Part shown: positions 8,962 through 19,716 of the stretch, one piece after another | How the letters are laid out: the number at the start of each line of letters is the position of its first letter | Numbering within the stretch: the first letter of the stretch is position 1 | Assembly: GCA_945861715.1 (NCBI GenBank) | Contig: CAMAVK010000002.1 | Coordinates: 10,440-74,439, forward strand | Length of the DNA: 64,000 bases | DNA from: Candidatus Woesearchaeota archaeon | GTDB taxonomy: Archaea > Nanobdellota > Nanobdellia > Woesearchaeales > GW2011-AR9 | Direction of reading: 5' to 3' | Notes under the pieces: model-generated | The model's database searches: none | What the model saw: the letters and a program-made list of their open reading frames with translations, nothing else | What the model was told of the DNA's origin: nothing | Position numbers and translations under genes: made by a program

Positions 8962-9546
8962 TTATGGTTTGATATACCATACCATTGCGGGGGTGTGGTT
9001 ATCATAAAATTCTGGGAATCTTGCAATTAATGTAAACCCAAGTAAATTTGCAATTAACTCTTGGTGGCTGTCTTCTGGGTGGGTTGCAAGTATTCCTACT
9101 TTTTTTTCTCTTGCTAGATCTATTGTTCGTTGCATGAGGGCTGTATGGGTTAGTTGTTTATACTTTTCTTAACAACCGCTGAGTGGACTTGCTAGTTCAA
9201 TTAGATCGTTTGGATTTGGGTAAGAGAGATTTCTAGCATGGAAATATTGGTGGAGGCTGTTTTGTGGATTTGGAGTTGATTTGGTAGGGTCTTGTTGGTA
9301 CCATTCAGATGATTCGCCAACTGTTGCAAAAATAGTTGCTGCTGCGAGGTGGTTTTCTCTTGAAAAAATGAAACCTTCTAGTTTAAATTTTTTCCATCCT
9401 TCTTGTTCGGTTGAATTAAATTCTTCTTCTGTTTGACAGTTTCTATATATTGCAAAGTCTTCATAACATAATTCTAGTACGCTTGATAGGTCTCTAGTGG
9501 ACTCAAATGGTGAGACTCCGTTCTTTCGTTGGAATATTTCTGACAT
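8962..9546 (-). pseudogene. Probable GNAT-type acetyltransferase interrupted by in-frame TAA at 9169-9171
   Basis: Frame continues after the stop: ...LIELASPLSGC*EKYKQLTHTALMQRTIDLAREKKVGILATHPED...LLGFTLIARFPEFYDNHTPAMVWYIKP*, resembling a GNAT C-terminal half (LGF...xY motif). Confidence 0.55.
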
Positions 9547-9654
9547 GCTATATTCCTATTACTTTGTGTTTATAATCATTTCTGTAATCCCAAAAATTAG
9601 TTATGGCTGTTGTCGTTGTTATTTTTGTTTTAGAAAAAATCAAATTTGATGAAA

Positions 9655-9730
9655 TGGGGCGGCCACTGGGAATTGAACCCAAATCTAGGGATCCACAGTC
9701 CCCAATACTAACCATTATACGATGGCCGCC
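9655..9730 (-). tRNA. tRNA-His(GTG), intronless, with G-1 and 3' CCA encoded
   Basis: GGCGGCCATCGTATAATGGTTAGTATTGGGGACTGTGGATCCCTAGATTTGGGTTCAATTCCCAGTGGCCGCCCCA folds as a cloverleaf; G-1:C73 His identity pair. Confidence 0.95.
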
Positions 9731-9819
9731 AATATTATGGGTAAAGTCAGGGTTGTTTTAAAAATGTTTTTGCAATTCGTATGACAGTTATGCTTTTTGA
9801 TGCAGGTTGTCTTTCTAAT

Positions 9820-10779
9820 TTAAAATTTAGTTCCTTCTATTGGACTGAGGGAAAATTCTTGATCGGCAGCAAGAGGGTGGTATTCCATTATTGATTCACT
9901 AAATTGGTTGCGTAGATCTGCGAGTATGTTTTTGAATTCTCTTGGGTTAGGCAAAAGAAAAGTTAACTGTATGTCATAATGTCCCATCAATTCTATGATG
10001 GTTTCACAATACGGATGATATTGATAATATGTTATAATTTGAGTTTTATGTGAAGGATTTCTAAGAGATATTAACACTTCATAATTTTGTAAGCCAAACT
10101 TGGTGTAATCAATTCTTGGTCGATAGGCGATGATTATTTTTTTCTTTTCTAGCTGTCTTAAACGGGCACTAATTGCAACAGCGCTAAGATTTATTTTCTT
10201 GGTCAGATCAACTACGCGCGTTTTAGCGTCTTTGCGCATTTCTTGAATAAGTAAGATATCTTTTTTGTCAATTTTTTCTTCAACGTCATTAAAGTTACTT
10301 TTTAAGTTGTATGTTATCTTTTTTTCGGGATTTAAAAACTTACGATTGAAGATTTGAATTTCAACAATGGCGATTAATTCTTTTTTGAGAATGAGTGAAC
10401 CGAATTTCATTAATAAATCATTATAGGTTTGGTTTAACTCTACATTATTTTTTGTACATATGGTCATAATGGAGTTCCATTCACCATCACAAACACCCAC
10501 CCAAATTATTTGTGGGCATTTTTTTATCCATTCCATCCAATGTTGTTCTTGATCTCTATTTAATGGTACAAATTTCAAAAGAAGACGATGATATACATAA
10601 CCTAATTTTCTAGGTGAGATAATGGAGTGTGAATCAATGATCACTCTTTGTTCTTCTAATTTTTTTATGCGATAGTGTGCAATATCCTTTGATATACGAA
10701 GATTTTTTGCTAGGCTGATTATCGATATCCTGGCGTTTGAATCTAATTTTTCTAAGATTTTTAGGTCAGTTTTATCCAT
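9820..10779 (-). CDS. Lrp/AsnC-family transcriptional regulator with duplicated wHTH-RAM units
   Basis: MDKTDLKILEKLDSNARIS...YRIKKLE and a second copy IDKKDILLIQEMRKDAKT...RLRQLEKKKII. Confidence 0.9.
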   Translation of the reverse strand: MDKTDLKILEKLDSNARISIISLAKNLRISKDIAHYRIKKLEEQRVIIDSHSIISPRKLGYVYHRLLLKFVPLNRDQEQHWMEWIKKCPQIIWVGVCDGEWNSIMTICTKNNVELNQTYNDLLMKFGSLILKKELIAIVEIQIFNRKFLNPEKKITYNLKSNFNDVEEKIDKKDILLIQEMRKDAKTRVVDLTKKINLSAVAISARLRQLEKKKIIIAYRPRIDYTKFGLQNYEVLISLRNPSHKTQIITYYQYHPYCETIIELMGHYDIQLTFLLPNPREFKNILADLRNQFSESIMEYHPLAADQEFSLSPIEGTKF

Positions 10780-10875
10780 TTTTACTAATAACCATTGTTT
10801 TTATATAAATATTCTTAGTTTTATTGTAATTCGATGTATTTGCTCTTTATATATGTGGGAGATTGTGTCATTAAT

Positions 10876-11454
10876 ATGAAAACTATACCTCAGAAAGAAT
10901 CACATAAACCAGAATTAAGCATTGCTGTTTTAACACCTTATTTGTATATGAGCGTTGCCGAGTTTTGTGTTGATAAAGATGAATTTGCAATACAGGTGGG
11001 AAAATATTTATATGACCCCGATAATTTGCATAGTGTACGATATCTTGAAACAGATAAGTATATTTTACGTTTAGATAATCCTGTGAAAAATAATTTAGAA
11101 AAGCCAGAGGATGCCCATTTAGTTATTGCAGGTTGTGCTATTGAGACAGAATTTCAAGTATCTTTTATGAAATATTCTGGAGCGCTGGTTGCCCGTTATA
11201 GCATATTTCATGGCGGACCTTCACAATATACTGGTTTTGCGCCAGAGGTAGCGGGTTATGCGTTCGATGTTCCTAAGGAAATAAGTACTATTCGAGCATT
11301 GCTTGCTGATGATCAATTTCTTGAAGCTATACTTGAGAGAGAAGAGAGTAAAATTGTACGTGCAATTGAATCTTTGAATCAGGGGTTTGGGACGCCAATA
11401 ATTGTAACTCCCTATTTGTCGAAAGCTCTTCAGGTGGTACATACAAGGAAATAA
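10876..11454 (+). CDS. Hypothetical protein divergent from the Lrp/AsnC regulator
   Basis: ORF; TTTATATA about 22 nt upstream of ATG 10876. Confidence 0.7.
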   Translation: MKTIPQKESHKPELSIAVLTPYLYMSVAEFCVDKDEFAIQVGKYLYDPDNLHSVRYLETDKYILRLDNPVKNNLEKPEDAHLVIAGCAIETEFQVSFMKYSGALVARYSIFHGGPSQYTGFAPEVAGYAFDVPKEISTIRALLADDQFLEAILEREESKIVRAIESLNQGFGTPIIVTPYLSKALQVVHTRK

Positions 11455-11488
11455 ATAGATAGTACTGTTATTTTTTTATAATTAATGA

Positions 11489-13111
11489 TTAATCTAGTTT
11501 GAATGAGTTGTTGGTGTTTTCTTTTGGTTTACCAAGAATTATGTCGTCAATTCTAAGAATCATTTCGGCTACTTGAGTGGCGGATGCGAGGGCGACGGTT
11601 TTGATTGAAAGTGGTTCAAAAATTCCTTCTTGCTCGGTGTTGAGGAGAAGGTTGCTGTTGCTCATTTGATTAATCTGGTTTGCAGCTTGGGTATAAGTGG
11701 AAGGTTGTGTGTTTATTCCCAGTGTTGATAGGCCATTTTGATGTGCGGCTTTTAGAGCAGTCATGGAATCCATTGCATCAAGACCTGCGTTTTGGGCAAG
11801 GGTGTGAGGGATTGATTCTAGTGCTTTTGCGTAGGCTTGGATTGCTAATTGATTTCGGCCGCTTTGGGTTTTTGCGAATTCTTCGAGTGCTAAAGCAAGA
11901 TGAATTTCTGTTGCGCCCGCGCCGGGAAGCATACGTTTGTCATTTATAGCGGCGCAAATGTCTCCTAGGGCGTCTGTACATGCTCGTTTGCATTCTTGGG
12001 CGTTTTGAGGTGTTGGAGCACGTAGGAGAATGGTGATTGCTTTGGCGTTTGGACAGCCGCTTACAACTACCATTTTTGTTTCACCAATGAGACGTTCTTC
12101 TACTGTTGAAGCACTGCCTAGAATGGCAGTGGTGAGGTCTTTTAGAGAGCTACATATTTTGGCGTTCGTGGATTTTTCAAGTAGTTCCATGTCACTTTTT
12201 TTTACCCGTCTTAGTGCTAAGATATTTGCTTTTGCAAGATAGTATTGCGCTAAATCATCAATTCCTCGTTGACATATTACCACTGTTGCTCCGCTTTGGA
12301 TGATATTGGTGGTTATGGATTTGAGGTGTTGTTCTTCGTGTTCTAAGAATTGTTGAAGTTGTTTTGGATCTGATAGCTGGATTTTTGCGTCGATATCGGT
12401 TGAACGTACTTCGAGGGGAATGTCGACAAGGAGGATTTTAGCGTTTTCAATTTTTGATGGCATACTTGGATGCACTCGTTCTTTGTCAAGGATGATTCCA
12501 ACAATAAGTTCACTTTTTTCTGTGGTTGGTCCAACTTCGAGTTCTAGTTTAATGTTTTCTTGATTGAGAGATTCTTGGGTGCGGACATGGTCGAGAGCGT
12601 CGATAAGTAGGGATGCGAGATGTTCTTTGTATCTTTCAATTCCTTTCCCAGTCATGGCGGTGGTGGCAATTTGATGTAAGGTATTTCTGTTTTCAATTGG
12701 TTTTGAGAAACTGATTAGTCTACGTTGTGCAAATTCTTCTGCTTGTGCGTAGGCACGGATAATTATTGATGGATGGATTCCTTGGTCAATTAATCCTTCT
12801 GCTTGGCTGAGTAGTTCACCTGCGATGATGACTGCAGTGGTTGTGCCATCACCTACTTTATTTTCTTGGGTTTTAGCAACTTCAACAAGCATTTTTGCAG
12901 CAGGATGTTCGATTTGCATTTCTTTTAGGATGGTTACACCATCATTGGTTATAGTGATGTTTCCCGCTTGGTCTACGATCATTTTATCCATCCCTTTTGG
13001 ACCTAAAGTTGATTTGACGGTGAGAGCAATGGCTCTAGCTGCTGCGATGTTGCTTCGCAGAGCGTCACGTCCTTGAATTCGTTCTGGGTTGTTTGCTAAG
13101 ATCTCAGGCAT
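11489..13111 (-). CDS. ths: Thermosome (group II chaperonin) subunit
   Basis: [42 protein letters not shown]. Confidence 0.96.
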   Translation of the reverse strand: MPEILANNPERIQGRDALRSNIAAARAIALTVKSTLGPKGMDKMIVDQAGNITITNDGVTILKEMQIEHPAAKMLVEVAKTQENKVGDGTTTAVIIAGELLSQAEGLIDQGIHPSIIIRAYAQAEEFAQRRLISFSKPIENRNTLHQIATTAMTGKGIERYKEHLASLLIDALDHVRTQESLNQENIKLELEVGPTTEKSELIVGIILDKERVHPSMPSKIENAKILLVDIPLEVRSTDIDAKIQLSDPKQLQQFLEHEEQHLKSITTNIIQSGATVVICQRGIDDLAQYYLAKANILALRRVKKSDMELLEKSTNAKICSSLKDLTTAILGSASTVEERLIGETKMVVVSGCPNAKAITILLRAPTPQNAQECKRACTDALGDICAAINDKRMLPGAGATEIHLALALEEFAKTQSGRNQLAIQAYAKALESIPHTLAQNAGLDAMDSMTALKAAHQNGLSTLGINTQPSTYTQAANQINQMSNSNLLLNTEQEGIFEPLSIKTVALASATQVAEMILRIDDIILGKPKENTNNSFKLD

Positions 13112-13394
13112 GGAGGTTTTTTGGTTAGGGGAGTTTTTAAACTTTTATTTGGCAGAAGATAGCTGTTTTTTTTGTTTTAAAGTGGATACACTTCATTTTT
13201 TTAGTGGGAGAGTATTGATGTCATATGGTGTTGGTTTACACGTTAATTGTAATGCAAATGGTATTGTAGATTCTATTGTAGACTATATTGTAATTGTAGT
13301 GTTTGACTACCATAGTACTACCCTATCTTGCATTTTAGAGAATCAGAATCTTTATTAATGACTTTTTGAGTTAGTTGTTTAAGGTGATTAATGT

Positions 13395-14198
13395 ATGGCA
13401 AGCGTAACTTTTCTTGGTACCGCAGGTGGGAATGCTGTTTCTCGACAATCTCGTGCATCTGGCGGAATTATTATTGTAGTTGATGATGTTCAACTTCATT
13501 TGGATCCTGGTCCAGGTTCTCTTGTTAAGGCAAAGGAGTTTGGGGTTAATACGTCAAACACGACAGCTATTCTTGTGAGTCACAATCATATTAGTCATTG
13601 TAATGATGTTAATGCGCTCATCGAAGCGATGACACACAGTGGTATTGAGCATCGTGGTATTGTTCTTGCTTCTAAGTCTGTTTTACAGCAAACAGATTTG
13701 AGTTTTCCGGTGGTAACTAAGTATCATATGGGTTTAGTTGAGAAAGTTATTGCTCTTGAGAAAAATCATAAGGTGGGAATAGATAATGTGGAGATTCATG
13801 CTCTTCCAGTTCAACACACTGATCCTACCGCAATTGGGTTTAAAATAATCTGTCCTAAATTTACTATTGGATATTCAGGTGATACCGCATTTTCTTCGGA
13901 GTTTGTTGAGAGTCTAATGGGTGTTGATTTGTTGATATTAAACGTTACATATCCTGGTAAGCGCGCACAAGGTATGAATTTAGATACAGATTCAGCAATG
14001 AAAATAATTTCGACAGTTCGACCTAAGATGGCTATTATTACCCATTTTGGAACAGATATGTTGAAACTGGATCCGATTACAGAGGCTCGAGAAATTCAAC
14101 GGATTACAGGTGTGCAAACGATTGCTGCGCATGATGGGTTGACTATTTCGCCTGCTGGGTATCAACAGAATCAAAGTCCGATTAGAGGATATAATTAG
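13395..14198 (+). CDS. Metallo-beta-lactamase-fold hydrolase (RNase Z/PhnP-like)
   Basis: TFLGTAGG, LDPGPG, SHNHISHCND (HxHxDH variant), YSGDT, THFG. Confidence 0.88.
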   Translation: MASVTFLGTAGGNAVSRQSRASGGIIIVVDDVQLHLDPGPGSLVKAKEFGVNTSNTTAILVSHNHISHCNDVNALIEAMTHSGIEHRGIVLASKSVLQQTDLSFPVVTKYHMGLVEKVIALEKNHKVGIDNVEIHALPVQHTDPTAIGFKIICPKFTIGYSGDTAFSSEFVESLMGVDLLILNVTYPGKRAQGMNLDTDSAMKIISTVRPKMAIITHFGTDMLKLDPITEAREIQRITGVQTIAAHDGLTISPAGYQQNQSPIRGYN

Positions 14199-14270
14199 TT
14201 TTTCCCGTATTCTTTAGTTTTTAATTTATTATTCTTTTAAGTTGGTTATATTATCTGTGAATTATTTTTT

Positions 14271-14888
14271 TTACATCTTCTTTATGTTTTCTTTTATCAT
14301 CTCAACTATTTCTGGAAATTCTGGAATTTTGAAATGACCATTTTTACTTTCATAGATGATTATGTTTGCATTTTTGAGCTTTTTTTGGTATTTATCCGCA
14401 TGTGATACAGGGACACAATCGTCATTTTTTGAGAACAATAATGTTAAGTTAGGTGATTGTTTTTCAAGTAGGGAAAGGTCTGTTTTTAATTTGAATCCTC
14501 CTACTAAATCTTCTCCAATGAGGGTATTGTCATATGGTGGACATACTAGGTAGGTCGCCAGGATTTTTTTTGGAAATGTGTTCTCTGAGAGATATTTTGC
14601 AAAGAAGATTGCTCCTAATGATTGACCTAGGAGAATAATGTTGTCCTCTAACAAAGGGATATGTCGTTCAAAGTGGATTTTCCATTCATTGTATTTTGCG
14701 TTGTCTTGTAAGGGCATTCGGGGTCTGATTATATCTATATCTTTTGGAAGTTTAGTGGTTAGATATCCTTCTGCCCACCGTATTTTTGGTTCAATATTTA
14801 CTGCCCTATTTTTTAAAAAGTGGATGTAGTCTTTTTTATTTTTGAAAGTCATTCCACCGTTGATGTAAAATAATTGGATTTTTGCCAT
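14271..14888 (-). CDS. Alpha/beta hydrolase, YdeN/RBBP9-like
   Basis: Nucleophile elbow GQSLG, SKNDDCVP, NGHF catalytic His; start at MAKIQ. Confidence 0.85.
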   Translation of the reverse strand: MAKIQLFYINGGMTFKNKKDYIHFLKNRAVNIEPKIRWAEGYLTTKLPKDIDIIRPRMPLQDNAKYNEWKIHFERHIPLLEDNIILLGQSLGAIFFAKYLSENTFPKKILATYLVCPPYDNTLIGEDLVGGFKLKTDLSLLEKQSPNLTLLFSKNDDCVPVSHADKYQKKLKNANIIIYESKNGHFKIPEFPEIVEMIKENIKKM

Positions 14889-14931
14889 CTTGTTTATTGA
14901 TTTAGTTTTTCTTTGTTTTTTCCCGTCTCTT

Positions 14932-15915
14932 TTATATGAAATGTAATAGGTAGATGACTCCATATGATACTGCGCATCCAGCACTGATGAATAGCATGGC
15001 TGGATAGTATCGATTTGGTTTTCCGTAGAAGAATAATAAGGCTAAGGCGATTGTTGTGAAGATTGGAACTATTAATGCGGCGTTGAGGCCGTAGAGTTTG
15101 AGCATGACGCCGGTGAATAAAAGTGGGAAGGCGATGTCTCCACCACCTAATACTGCGGTTCTTGTTTCTTGTGTGGTTGTGGTTGTGTGTTGAGAAGGTG
15201 TGATTTTGGTGGTAGTCGTTGTTGCTGATGTTGTTTTACTGCTATGTGTAGTTGAACTTGTGCTATGTGTGGTTGGATTTGTGATATGTGTCTTTGATGT
15301 GGAACCTGGCATTCCTTGCTTGCTGTTATAGGGGATGTATAAGCCGGCAAAGAGCTGTGCTTTGGTTTGGGACTCAGCTAAGGTTACCATATGTTTTGAT
15401 TTCCATACGGCGTAGGCATCGTAGATGGAGATAAGGATTAAAAGCATGGTGATTGAGAAAAGATTGATGACGGGAACGAATAAGAGTGCAATTGCTGGGT
15501 AGATGAAGAGTTCTGTGAAATTGTGTATGTATATGTTTGGTTTGAAGACTTTCCATAAACCGAGTATAACTGCAAGTATGATAGCTATTGTTGGTTGGAT
15601 TATGACAGCGAAACTCGTTGTGAGTGTGGTCATGATGGCGAGAAGATACCATATTTTCCACACGATAAATAATTTGAATTTGATTAGGATTAAGAGGAGT
15701 ATAGTTCCGATGAACACCATGATGATTATTGGGATATAGGATGTTTGTTCTTCTAGTTGGGGGCGCTCTTGAAGTGCTAAATCTTTGAATTCTGTTTTTC
15801 CTGAATCGATCGATTTTTGTTTATCTATTGTGAGGTAGAGTAGACCGATACCAATAAGTTGTGAGAGAAGGAAGATGGTAAGGAGTATAGTAGTTATTTT
15901 GTAGTTGTGCTTCAT
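14932..15915 (-). CDS. Presenilin/SPP-family (GxGD) intramembrane aspartyl protease
   Basis: ISIYDAYAVW..KHM..LA, LGGGD, YYPAM (PAL motif variant); multiple TMs; S/T-rich loop. Confidence 0.9.
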   Translation of the reverse strand: MKHNYKITTILLTIFLLSQLIGIGLLYLTIDKQKSIDSGKTEFKDLALQERPQLEEQTSYIPIIIMVFIGTILLLILIKFKLFIVWKIWYLLAIMTTLTTSFAVIIQPTIAIILAVILGLWKVFKPNIYIHNFTELFIYPAIALLFVPVINLFSITMLLILISIYDAYAVWKSKHMVTLAESQTKAQLFAGLYIPYNSKQGMPGSTSKTHITNPTTHSTSSTTHSSKTTSATTTTTKITPSQHTTTTTQETRTAVLGGGDIAFPLLFTGVMLKLYGLNAALIVPIFTTIALALLFFYGKPNRYYPAMLFISAGCAVSYGVIYLLHFI

Positions 15916-16015
15916 GTGACTGTTTTTGCTTTATTTAGTATTAAATGTGGTGTTGTTACTTTTAAGGCGTTCTTTAGGGGATATCTTTTTATATGGTCCT
16001 TTTGTTTAATGATAT

Positions 16016-16915
16016 ATGGTTAGTGATACAAGGATTAGTAATACGAGGATTAGTGATGAAGTGCATCGATCACACTTAGTTGCTATTCTTCAAAATGCGG
16101 TTAATCCGTTGGTTTTTCCTTTGAGCTCTTCAATTGATCCTTATCAGGTTGTTGCTCGTGATCCGTTTTGTGTCAATTTTCCTTTTGATGCTCAGAAGTT
16201 TATGCTTAGTTATGAAAACCGATTTCGAGATCCCTTTCATTTAGAGGGGACTCAGGCAGCTACAAAACCATGGTTACATTATGTATATGGAATGGTTGCG
16301 TTGAATAATATGAAAGTTCGGTTTCCATTAGTTGATGAGGAGCGAGGTAAGTTTATTGCTGATGCTCTTGCGTTATGTTATCTTCACGATTTTCGTTATG
16401 CAAAATTGAGTTATAAAGATTTGCTTGTAACATCTAAACAAGAAAGAAATCTTCAGTTAGGAAGGGTAGTTTTTAAGGGAGCACTTGAATACATCGGTTT
16501 GGTTGATCGGGTTGATGAAATTAATTCATCTTTATCATATTTGGTGCATGAGAGTGTGGAGTCTCGAGGGGTGCCATCAACCTATAATGATATTCATGCG
16601 AAAGGTTCGGCATGTAAAGTTATGCTTGGTCATTTGGATTGGTTGTCATTTGCGTTGCAATATTGTGATGATAGAAGTTTGTCTGATATTGGTTGGCATG
16701 CGGTGAGGTTGTATCCTCTCCCTACTACAATTGCTACTGTTACCGTTGAGCATGGTGGTGCCTTGTCTACTGTTTCCATGGCACATACACAAATATATAA
16801 TACTATTTCTTCGTCAAAGAGTGTGGGTATCATGCGGTTAGCAGCAAGATCTATTTTGGGGAAGAATGTTGATTTGTTGCGAGAAATATTGCGTAAACCA
16901 TATGTTCCGATGTAA
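16016..16915 (+). CDS. Hypothetical protein
   Basis: 299-aa ORF; TTTTATAT upstream. Confidence 0.65.
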   Translation: MVSDTRISNTRISDEVHRSHLVAILQNAVNPLVFPLSSSIDPYQVVARDPFCVNFPFDAQKFMLSYENRFRDPFHLEGTQAATKPWLHYVYGMVALNNMKVRFPLVDEERGKFIADALALCYLHDFRYAKLSYKDLLVTSKQERNLQLGRVVFKGALEYIGLVDRVDEINSSLSYLVHESVESRGVPSTYNDIHAKGSACKVMLGHLDWLSFALQYCDDRSLSDIGWHAVRLYPLPTTIATVTVEHGGALSTVSMAHTQIYNTISSSKSVGIMRLAARSILGKNVDLLREILRKPYVPM

Positions 16916-17008
16916 ATTTAATTTTTATCGGTTTGAGATATTGGAGTTTTATATGGGGAGAGGTAGTGTTTTGTTGACTGTTTTTATTGTTTTTATCAGG
17001 TTGTGTGG

Positions 17009-18550
17009 TTATGAGAAGTAGGAGTCATCCATTTTATTGGTTTTGTTTTGTTGTGATTTTGTTTGTTTTACGAATTCTTCAAATAAGGGTATTTTTATGG
17101 GAAGTGCACATTTCGTAAAGGTGCTTGTGACTAATGCTTCGCCCTTGTCGAGACTAGCTATTGTTCGTGTATCTTGCGAGAGGTCTTGAGGCGAGGATTC
17201 AATGACTGCTTGGCGTTCGGAATTCATTTCGAGTCCAAGAATTATTTTGGTGTTCATGTTGGCAAGAATATTTTTTGGGATTTCGGATGGGAGTTGGGTA
17301 ATTGCAATGAGTCCTACTTTGAATTTTCGTCCTTCTCGTGCGAGAGTTTCGAAGATGTTTGATCCTTGTTCAAGAACATTTTTTCCAAGTACTCTTGGTG
17401 CTTCTTCAAGAACTATGGAAATTGTTGGTTTACTATCGAGGATACCTGTTTTTTTGTGGTATTTGTATTTGTCAAATATTTCTTGGGTTATGATTGTTCC
17501 TATGAGGATTTCAAGAGACCCTCCGAAGTAACTCGTGTCGATAATTACTGTTCTTGCGGCTTCTAGGTCGTTTGTGATGTCGCTAATGGTATTTTTCCCT
17601 GCTATTTCGTCGAAGATTCCTTGGCAGCTTAAAGTTTTATTTTCATCAATATCTAGGCTTAGAAGGGTGATGAGTTTTCGTTTGACTACAGCAATTGTGT
17701 CTTGGTGGTATTGAACTCCTTCTATTTTTTCTTCTGCGATGAGTTTTTTGATCCATTGGGTTTGGAATTTTTTATGGTATGAATAAAGGCACATTTTTTG
17801 GGGGTCGCTAAAACTAATTGCTCCTTGAAAATGTTCTGGTTTGATTTGTTCAAGATTGAATTTGAGTGATTTTGCACCAGGCGGTGGGTTTGCGGGGGTG
17901 TAGTAGCGCACTTTGTCTTTATTTGGGTGGTCTTTGAGGCCAAGAGAAGTCCTTCCGTAGTATTCATCGTGGGGGTCCAACACAAGCATTCCTGCGTAGT
18001 TATGGGATGTGATGTCCCAGAGCAGACAAGACATAAGGTTACTTTTTCCTTTACCAGTACTTGCGGGAATGAGCACGTGGTGGCTTAGGATGTCTGTTCC
18101 GTTAAGTCTGAGGGGTTGATTTAATGATGTGCTGCCGGATCTGAGGGTGCCTAGAAAAAATGGGTTTTCGGGGGTAGTAAGGAAGGTGAGATCATCAGTA
18201 GCGAGTGCTCGTACGTGCGAGAAGAAAGGTGGTAGTTTTTTACATGTTTTGGTGGTGTTTGTGATGGTGAGGATGGGTTTTGCAATGGCGAGGGTATAAT
18301 TTCTAAGGCTTATATCCATTATTTCAAGATTGTCTTCTTCGAGGTTCATGCCTGCTATGAGTTCACGATTTTGGTCGGATATTTGCGAGGCAAAACTGAG
18401 ATCGAAGACTTGCAGTAGAAATTTTTCTTCAGGGGTTTCTATTATGAGTAGTTGACCTAATTCGACGTTTTGATTGGATTTAATGCGGATGATGAGTTTT
18501 GAAGCGTCTCCTGCGATGAGTTGGCCGATAATTTGAGGTGGCTGGGACAT
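17009..18550 (-). CDS. herA: HerA-like ATPase/helicase (HAS barrel + DUF87)
   Basis: [13 protein letters not shown]alker [33 protein letters not shown]. Confidence 0.9.
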   Translation of the reverse strand: MSQPPQIIGQLIAGDASKLIIRIKSNQNVELGQLLIIETPEEKFLLQVFDLSFASQISDQNRELIAGMNLEEDNLEIMDISLRNYTLAIAKPILTITNTTKTCKKLPPFFSHVRALATDDLTFLTTPENPFFLGTLRSGSTSLNQPLRLNGTDILSHHVLIPASTGKGKSNLMSCLLWDITSHNYAGMLVLDPHDEYYGRTSLGLKDHPNKDKVRYYTPANPPPGAKSLKFNLEQIKPEHFQGAISFSDPQKMCLYSYHKKFQTQWIKKLIAEEKIEGVQYHQDTIAVVKRKLITLLSLDIDENKTLSCQGIFDEIAGKNTISDITNDLEAARTVIIDTSYFGGSLEILIGTIITQEIFDKYKYHKKTGILDSKPTISIVLEEAPRVLGKNVLEQGSNIFETLAREGRKFKVGLIAITQLPSEIPKNILANMNTKIILGLEMNSERQAVIESSPQDLSQDTRTIASLDKGEALVTSTFTKCALPIKIPLFEEFVKQTKSQQNKTNKMDDSYFS

Positions 18551-18671
18551 GTGATTTTGAGCGGGTTTGGGGTATTTAATCATTTGGGGTTTTGGCTTTT
18601 TTAAACATGGATTTGCTGTTTATTCGTTGTTTTGGTGGTATTTTAGATATGGTCAGTCCTCAACAATAAGC

Positions 18672-18679
18672 TTTATAAA
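18672..18679 (+). promoter_or_regulatory. Archaeal TATA box (TTTATAAA) with purine-rich BRE-like element upstream of rpl35ae
   Basis: AATAAGC-TTTATAAA ending 23 nt before the ATG; the same spacing recurs for many genes here. Confidence 0.6.
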
Positions 18680-18702
18680 GAGAAGGGGGTTTTGGATTAA
18701 TT

Positions 18703-18957
18703 ATGGAAGCAACAATAATGCATTATCGCCAAGGGCGACATCATCAAAATTTGAAACAAATGATTCTTTATGTAGCTGATACTGCTGAAGCAGCTCAAAA
18801 GGTTGTTGGGAAGACTGTTTCATGGACTTCACCAAGTGGTACTGTGATTTCTGGAACTATTTCAGCACTTCATGGTCGAAATGGTCGTGTTCGAGCTATT
18901 TTTGCTGACAAAGGTTTACCTGGTCAGACATTAGGTCAGAAGATTCAGATAGTGTAA
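18703..18957 (+). CDS. rpl35ae: 50S ribosomal protein L35Ae
   Basis: YRQGRHHQ, VGKTVSWTSPSG, HGRNGRVRAIF..GLPGQ. Confidence 0.93.
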   Translation: MEATIMHYRQGRHHQNLKQMILYVADTAEAAQKVVGKTVSWTSPSGTVISGTISALHGRNGRVRAIFADKGLPGQTLGQKIQIV

Positions 18958-19100
18958 TTGTTTTTTGTTTATAGAATTTCTTTGTTTGATTACCTGTGTT
19001 GTTGATATTAAGATTTTATTTTGGTTCTTTATTCTGTTTTTTGTAAGAGAATGGGTATAATTACATATTCGCTGTGATGTGTAAAATTTAAAGAAAAGTA

Positions 19101-19715
19101 CTACAGGGTTGTAAGATACGTTTGAATTGATGATATGACTGCGGCAAGTCCATCTCTTACATCGGTGATGTCTTTTTCAGTCACTGCTCTTAGTAGAACA
19201 TCCGTTGTTGGCATTGTATCAATGAGTTTTGTTTTTACATCATTACGTTGCGTTTGAAGTGATGCAATCGCTGTGTTAACATTAAATTTTGCTGGGTCAG
19301 TGAATTTGGCCCGTTTTTCCCGTAAGCCGTGCAATGCTAAGTCAATTTCTTTGTGTAATAAAGTAATTTTACTTTTGTATACTCGAAGTTTTACATCTGA
19401 CTTTGCATCTAAAGCTTCTTCAGCATGTTTCATTGCATTTAGTATTGCACTTTCAGCTACTCCAATGTTTAAATGCTTTGATTTTGTTGCGTCTTTTGTC
19501 TTTGAGTTTTCTCGCGCTTGGTTGATATATTCGGAGTATTTCTCACCACGTTCTTTCCATTCTGCTTCAGCTTTTTTGTCCTCTTCTTCATCACTTACCG
19601 TAAAGAAGCGGATGGCGTAGTACACAATTAAGAAGCTAATTATCCAGCGTGCGTAGTCAATAAACTCAATTGCTGCGCCTTTTAGACCTTCTCCAATTAA
19701 TGGTTCAATTGCCAT
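19101..19715 (-). CDS. Single-TM helical hypothetical protein
   Basis: N-terminal TM followed by charged helical region; 1 nt from the upstream gene. Confidence 0.7.
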   Translation of the reverse strand: MAIEPLIGEGLKGAAIEFIDYARWIISFLIVYYAIRFFTVSDEEEDKKAEAEWKERGEKYSEYINQARENSKTKDATKSKHLNIGVAESAILNAMKHAEEALDAKSDVKLRVYKSKITLLHKEIDLALHGLREKRAKFTDPAKFNVNTAIASLQTQRNDVKTKLIDTMPTTDVLLRAVTEKDITDVRDGLAAVISSIQTYLTTL

Positions 19716-19716
19716 C

